Shown here in pieces: positions 60,672 through 64,000 of a DNA stretch of 64,000 nucleotides. The DNA lies in NCBI GenBank assembly GCA_965208105.1, contig OZ242318.1, positions 3,744,001-3,808,000 of the forward strand, given 5' to 3'. Origin of the DNA: Candidatus Latescibacterota bacterium. GTDB taxonomy: Bacteria; Latescibacterota; UBA2968; UBA8231. The stretch's first letter is position 1. The number at the start of each line of letters is the position of its first letter. The notes below the pieces were generated by a model, which had not been told where the DNA came from, did not search any database, and worked only from the letters and a program-made list of their open reading frames with translations. The position numbers and the translations under genes were made by a program.

Positions 60672-61679
60672 ATGACGGAAAAAGTTCGAGTGGCGTTCAT
60701 CGGGGCGGGCGTGCTGGCCAACAGCATCCACTACCCTTGTCTGGCCAGCTTGCCCGACGTGGATATCGTGGCCGCCTGCGACCTGGTGGAGGACAAAGCC
60801 CGGGAGACGGCCGAGCGCTTCGGCATTCCCCGCACCTTCACCAACCACGAGGAAATGCTGGAAGAGGTCGATCCGCAGGTGGTCTACGTCATCATGCCGC
60901 CGCAGAACCTCTTCGAACCGGCCGCCGCGGTGCTCTGCCAGGGCCGCCACCTCTTCGTGGAGAAGCCCCTGGGGATGACGGTGAAGCAGGCTCGCATGCT
61001 GGCCTACCTGGCGCAGGAGAACTCCTGCCTCACGGCGGTGGGCTTTCAGCGCCGCCACATTCCGGCGCTGACGGCTCTGAAGCGGCGGGCTGAAGAGCAG
61101 GGACCCATCCACCAGGCCACCGTGAGCTTCCTCAAGGGCGGTGCCAACCGGCCCCTGGACCAACCCGCGGCGGTCTACGGGGGAGCCATCGACAGCCTCA
61201 CGGTGGACGGCATCCACGCCGTCGACAACCTGCGCTTCCTGTGCGGCGGCGAGGTGGAGGACGTCGCGGCCCAGGTGCGCACGCGCTACATGCCCGGACC
61301 CTTTCCCAACGAGTACACCGCCCTGGTGTCTTTCAGCACGGGCGCGGTGGGCATCCTCAACTTCAGCTACGTGAGCTGCATCGGCGTCTTTCGAGCCGAG
61401 TTCCACGGCAGGAACGTGGCCGCCTACGTCGACGCCGCGACCCAGTCCTACATCAGGTTCGGCGACGGCGAGCGCGAGGTTTACGACTCGAAGGAATTCG
61501 GGACGGCGGAGGGGGTGACCGACGGCGATGACGATACGGTGAACTGGATGGGATTCTGGCACGAGGACCGCCATTTCATCGACTGTGTGAAGGAAGGCCG
61601 GCAACCGCTGACCCACTTCGCCGACGCGGTCAAGAGCATGGAGCTGGTGGATGAGATCTACCGCGCCGGAGGCGGTTGA
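60672..61679 (+). CDS. Gfo/Idh/MocA oxidoreductase
   Basis: FIGAG, FVEKP, VGFQRR, GIHAVD. Confidence 0.9.
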   Translation: MTEKVRVAFIGAGVLANSIHYPCLASLPDVDIVAACDLVEDKARETAERFGIPRTFTNHEEMLEEVDPQVVYVIMPPQNLFEPAAAVLCQGRHLFVEKPLGMTVKQARMLAYLAQENSCLTAVGFQRRHIPALTALKRRAEEQGPIHQATVSFLKGGANRPLDQPAAVYGGAIDSLTVDGIHAVDNLRFLCGGEVEDVAAQVRTRYMPGPFPNEYTALVSFSTGAVGILNFSYVSCIGVFRAEFHGRNVAAYVDAATQSYIRFGDGEREVYDSKEFGTAEGVTDGDDDTVNWMGFWHEDRHFIDCVKEGRQPLTHFADAVKSMELVDEIYRAGGG

Positions 61680-61729
61680 TCCCCGACCCGCCTCCCCGCC
61701 TGAAGCAGAGCAACTTTATCAACGGGCTG

Positions 61730-62893
61730 CTAGGGAATCCTTCCCAGGCGGCGGTCCTCGTTCTTCAGCCACTCCTCGTAGTTTCGCGCCGGATCGGCCG
61801 GGGCGCCGAGGCCGTGCTCGCGGCGCCAGCGCAGCAGCGGGTGTTCGCGGTCGGCCTGGGGCAGCTCTACCCGCCGGCCGTAGGCGGCGGACTCGAAGAT
61901 GGCCATCATGGCCTCCATCACCCGCAGGGCGTCCGCGCCGCTGCATTCGTGGTCGCGGTCCCGGTCCAGGGCCCTGACGTACTCCTCCACGAAGCAGTAG
62001 TCGTCCTGGGCGGCCCCGGCGTCGGGATCGTAATGCCGGGGCAGGATGGGTTGCAGCGGTTCCCAGCGGTCGTGCTCGCCGTCGGGAACCAGGTGGGCGG
62101 TGGGCAGGCGCCAGGCGCGGGATCCCCGCCACAGCAGGCGGCCCTCGGTGCCGAAGAATTCAACCACCGAGGCCGCCAGGGTCTGCGCTCCCGGCAGCCG
62201 CTGCTGCAGCAAGGTGGCGGTGACGTTGCCGGCGAATTCGAGGACCGCGGTGATATACTCGCCGGCGATGACCCCCATTCCGGCAGGAGAGGCCAGAACG
62301 TCCTTCGGTGTTAGCGGGCGCCCGTCGGTCAGCCCCACCGCCGTGACGGCGCGGCAGGCTCCGGCGAATTTCTGCATGACGTTGATCTTGTGGGTGCCGA
62401 TGTTCATCACCCCGAAGCCCCCGTAGTAGCCCTTGTCCCGGGTGTAGATGTAGAGCAGGTCGCCGATCTGTCCTTCCTCGTAGGCCCGGTGCGCCGCCTG
62501 CAGCCAGGCGTTGAGGCGGTGCTGGTGATGGACCGCGATGCGCACGCCCTTCTCCCGGGCCCTGGCGACCACCTGGTCGGCCTGTTGGAGGTTGACGCAC
62601 AGCGGTTTCTCGACGTCGATGTGGACCCCGTGCTCCAGCACTCGCATGGCCAGGTCGAAATGGAATTCGGTGCCGGTGGGGATGGCGACTATGTCCGGCG
62701 CGGTGGCCTCGATCATCGCGTCGAGGTCGGAAAAGCGCTCTCCCACCCCCAGTTCATTCCCCAGCCGCTGCAGGCGTTCGCCGACGAGATCGCACAGGCC
62801 CGCCACCTCGGTGCGGGGGTGGGCGTGGTAGGCGCGCGCGGCGGCGGTGCCGCGGGCGCGGCAACCGAGAATGGCCACTCTGTATGTCCGCAT
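61730..62893 (-). CDS. Gfo/Idh/MocA oxidoreductase
   Basis: ILGCRARG, DVEKP, HHQHR, GTH; start at MRTYRV after GGGAG. Confidence 0.88.
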   Translation of the reverse strand: MRTYRVAILGCRARGTAAARAYHAHPRTEVAGLCDLVGERLQRLGNELGVGERFSDLDAMIEATAPDIVAIPTGTEFHFDLAMRVLEHGVHIDVEKPLCVNLQQADQVVARAREKGVRIAVHHQHRLNAWLQAAHRAYEEGQIGDLLYIYTRDKGYYGGFGVMNIGTHKINVMQKFAGACRAVTAVGLTDGRPLTPKDVLASPAGMGVIAGEYITAVLEFAGNVTATLLQQRLPGAQTLAASVVEFFGTEGRLLWRGSRAWRLPTAHLVPDGEHDRWEPLQPILPRHYDPDAGAAQDDYCFVEEYVRALDRDRDHECSGADALRVMEAMMAIFESAAYGRRVELPQADREHPLLRWRREHGLGAPADPARNYEEWLKNEDRRLGRIP

Positions 62894-62998
62894 GGATTCA
62901 CTCCCTTGCTTGGGGATTTGCTGGAGGTCTGCCGCCGCCGGCGGGGCGGCAGGCGTTTGCGCGGCGGCGGCGAGGTGGTTATTTTCCTCTTCCGCCGT

Positions 62999-63076
62999 CG
63001 GGGTGTAGCGCAGTCCGGTTAGCGCACCTGCTTTGGGAGCAGGGGGTCGCCGGTTCGAATCCGGCCACCCCGACCA
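62999..63076 (+). tRNA. tRNA-Pro (TGG)
   Basis: CGGGGTG acceptor stem, CCTGC-TTTGGGA-GCAGG anticodon arm, GGTTCGAATCC, encoded CCA. Confidence 0.97.
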
Positions 63077-63085
63077 ACCAGGCAA

Positions 63086-63113
63086 GCCGGCGCCGGCCGG
63101 CTGAATTTTTTTT
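63086..63113 (+). terminator. Probable intrinsic terminator after tRNA-Pro
   Basis: AGCCGGC-GCCG-GCCGGCT followed by GAA and a T-run. Confidence 0.55.
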
Positions 63114-63191
63114 GGCCGCGGGCTCTCGCCGCCCACCGCGCCGGGAGACCGCACTTCCCCAGACCGCACACCCGGCACCGCGGCGCCGGAA

Positions 63192-64000
63192 TCAGGCCTC
63201 CGCGGTCGCCCCCATGATGCGCCACACCCCCCTCTCGTCCACCGCCGTGCCGTCGCAGGCCTCGTAGAACATGCGGTAGCGCCAGCCGCTGTTCCCGGGA
63301 ATGGCGATCACGCACATCTCGGAGCACTTGGCGCGGTCCCAGCGGCCTCCGGGGGCGATCACCGGCTCCTCCTCCTTGCGCCATATCAGGCCGTCCTCGG
63401 AGACGGCGCTGAGCACCTGGGCGCGGTTTGGCGCACTGTAGCCCGAGTAGTACATCCGGTATCCGCCTCCCTGGATGCGCAGGACCTCGGGGGCGAAGGC
63501 ATTCAGCGCATCGTAGCGCGGACCGGGTCCGACGCGCACCCCCGGCTCCTGTTGGAAGGTGAGGCCGCCGTCCAGCGAAAGGGCGCTGATGATCCCGACC
63601 CCGCGCTGGCTGCAGTAGAGGCGGCAGCGGCCGTCGTCCAGGTAGAGGAGCCGGGGCGCGTTGTAGCTTGCCCCGGGTTTTCCCAGGCGCACCCCCTCTT
63701 CCACTCTCCAGTGCAGGCCGCCGTCCTCGGAGACCGCGCTGCGCACGGCGGCGGGACCGGTCCGCGGGTCGGGGAAGCATTCGTAGTACATGCGCAGGAG
63801 TCCGCTGCCGCCGGGCGCGGGCACCACTTCCGGCGAGACGACGCGGAACTCGCCGGCGCCGCCTTCCCGGGGTCCGAGGCGAACGCCCGGCTCCGGGGTC
63901 CAGCTCAGGGCGTCGGTCGAGTGCGCACTGAGGATCCGCGTGGTGGAGTTGTCGTAGTCGTTGGCGCCGTCGGGAAAGCCTCGCCGGGGGAGGATCTGGG
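63192..64000 (-). CDS. Beta-propeller (GH32/43-like fold) protein, 5'-partial
   Basis: Repeated RMYY...SAVSEDG..W..E.G units; frame continues toward the window edge. Confidence 0.7.
   Translation of the reverse strand, partial: QILPRRGFPDGANDYDNSTTRILSAHSTDALSWTPEPGVRLGPREGGAGEFRVVSPEVVPAPGGSGLLRMYYECFPDPRTGPAAVRSAVSEDGGLHWRVEEGVRLGKPGASYNAPRLLYLDDGRCRLYCSQRGVGIISALSLDGGLTFQQEPGVRVGPGPRYDALNAFAPEVLRIQGGGYRMYYSGYSAPNRAQVLSAVSEDGLIWRKEEEPVIAPGGRWDRAKCSEMCVIAIPGNSGWRYRMFYEACDGTAVDERGVWRIMGATAEA

Noticed and set aside
62999-63080. Integration site at tRNA-Pro
   Set aside because: Followed directly by a terminator and an ordinary gene; no integrase or duplicated 3' end seen.

Overview
GC-rich bacterial DNA whose gene content (many Gfo/Idh/MocA oxidoreductases, ankyrin and PD40 proteins, a C-terminal 'S-x-W-A-x-I-K' motif) suggests a Latescibacterota/Poribacteria-like lineage; this is inference only. 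The left end carries tamB-tamA-ilvD and tmRNA (tag ANSDYALAA). About 42 kb of mosaic, partly decayed accessory DNA follows: IS3 and IS66 remnants, an AddAB-type helicase-nuclease pair, a Rieske protein, a temptin-like CxxCH protein, a 14-kb co-oriented array of small enzyme genes, a DIP1984-like gene, a SWIM protein, an ABC exporter plus membrane fusion protein, and a broken type IIG-like R-M gene. The right end has aspS, a carbohydrate/oxidoreductase cluster containing an IS630-type MITE, and tRNA-Pro(TGG). Two signals missing from the ORF track stand out. (1) Two tandem ribosome-dependent attenuators lie upstream of aspS, each with an Asn-rich leader peptide (NNNP), an antiterminator and a terminator. 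(2) A ~197-nt structured RNA-like element sits directly behind the DIP1984-like gene, closed by a perfect 13-bp stem and holding ~10 A(G/A/T)C triplets at ~8-nt spacing. All calls come from reading the sequence; no database searches were run.
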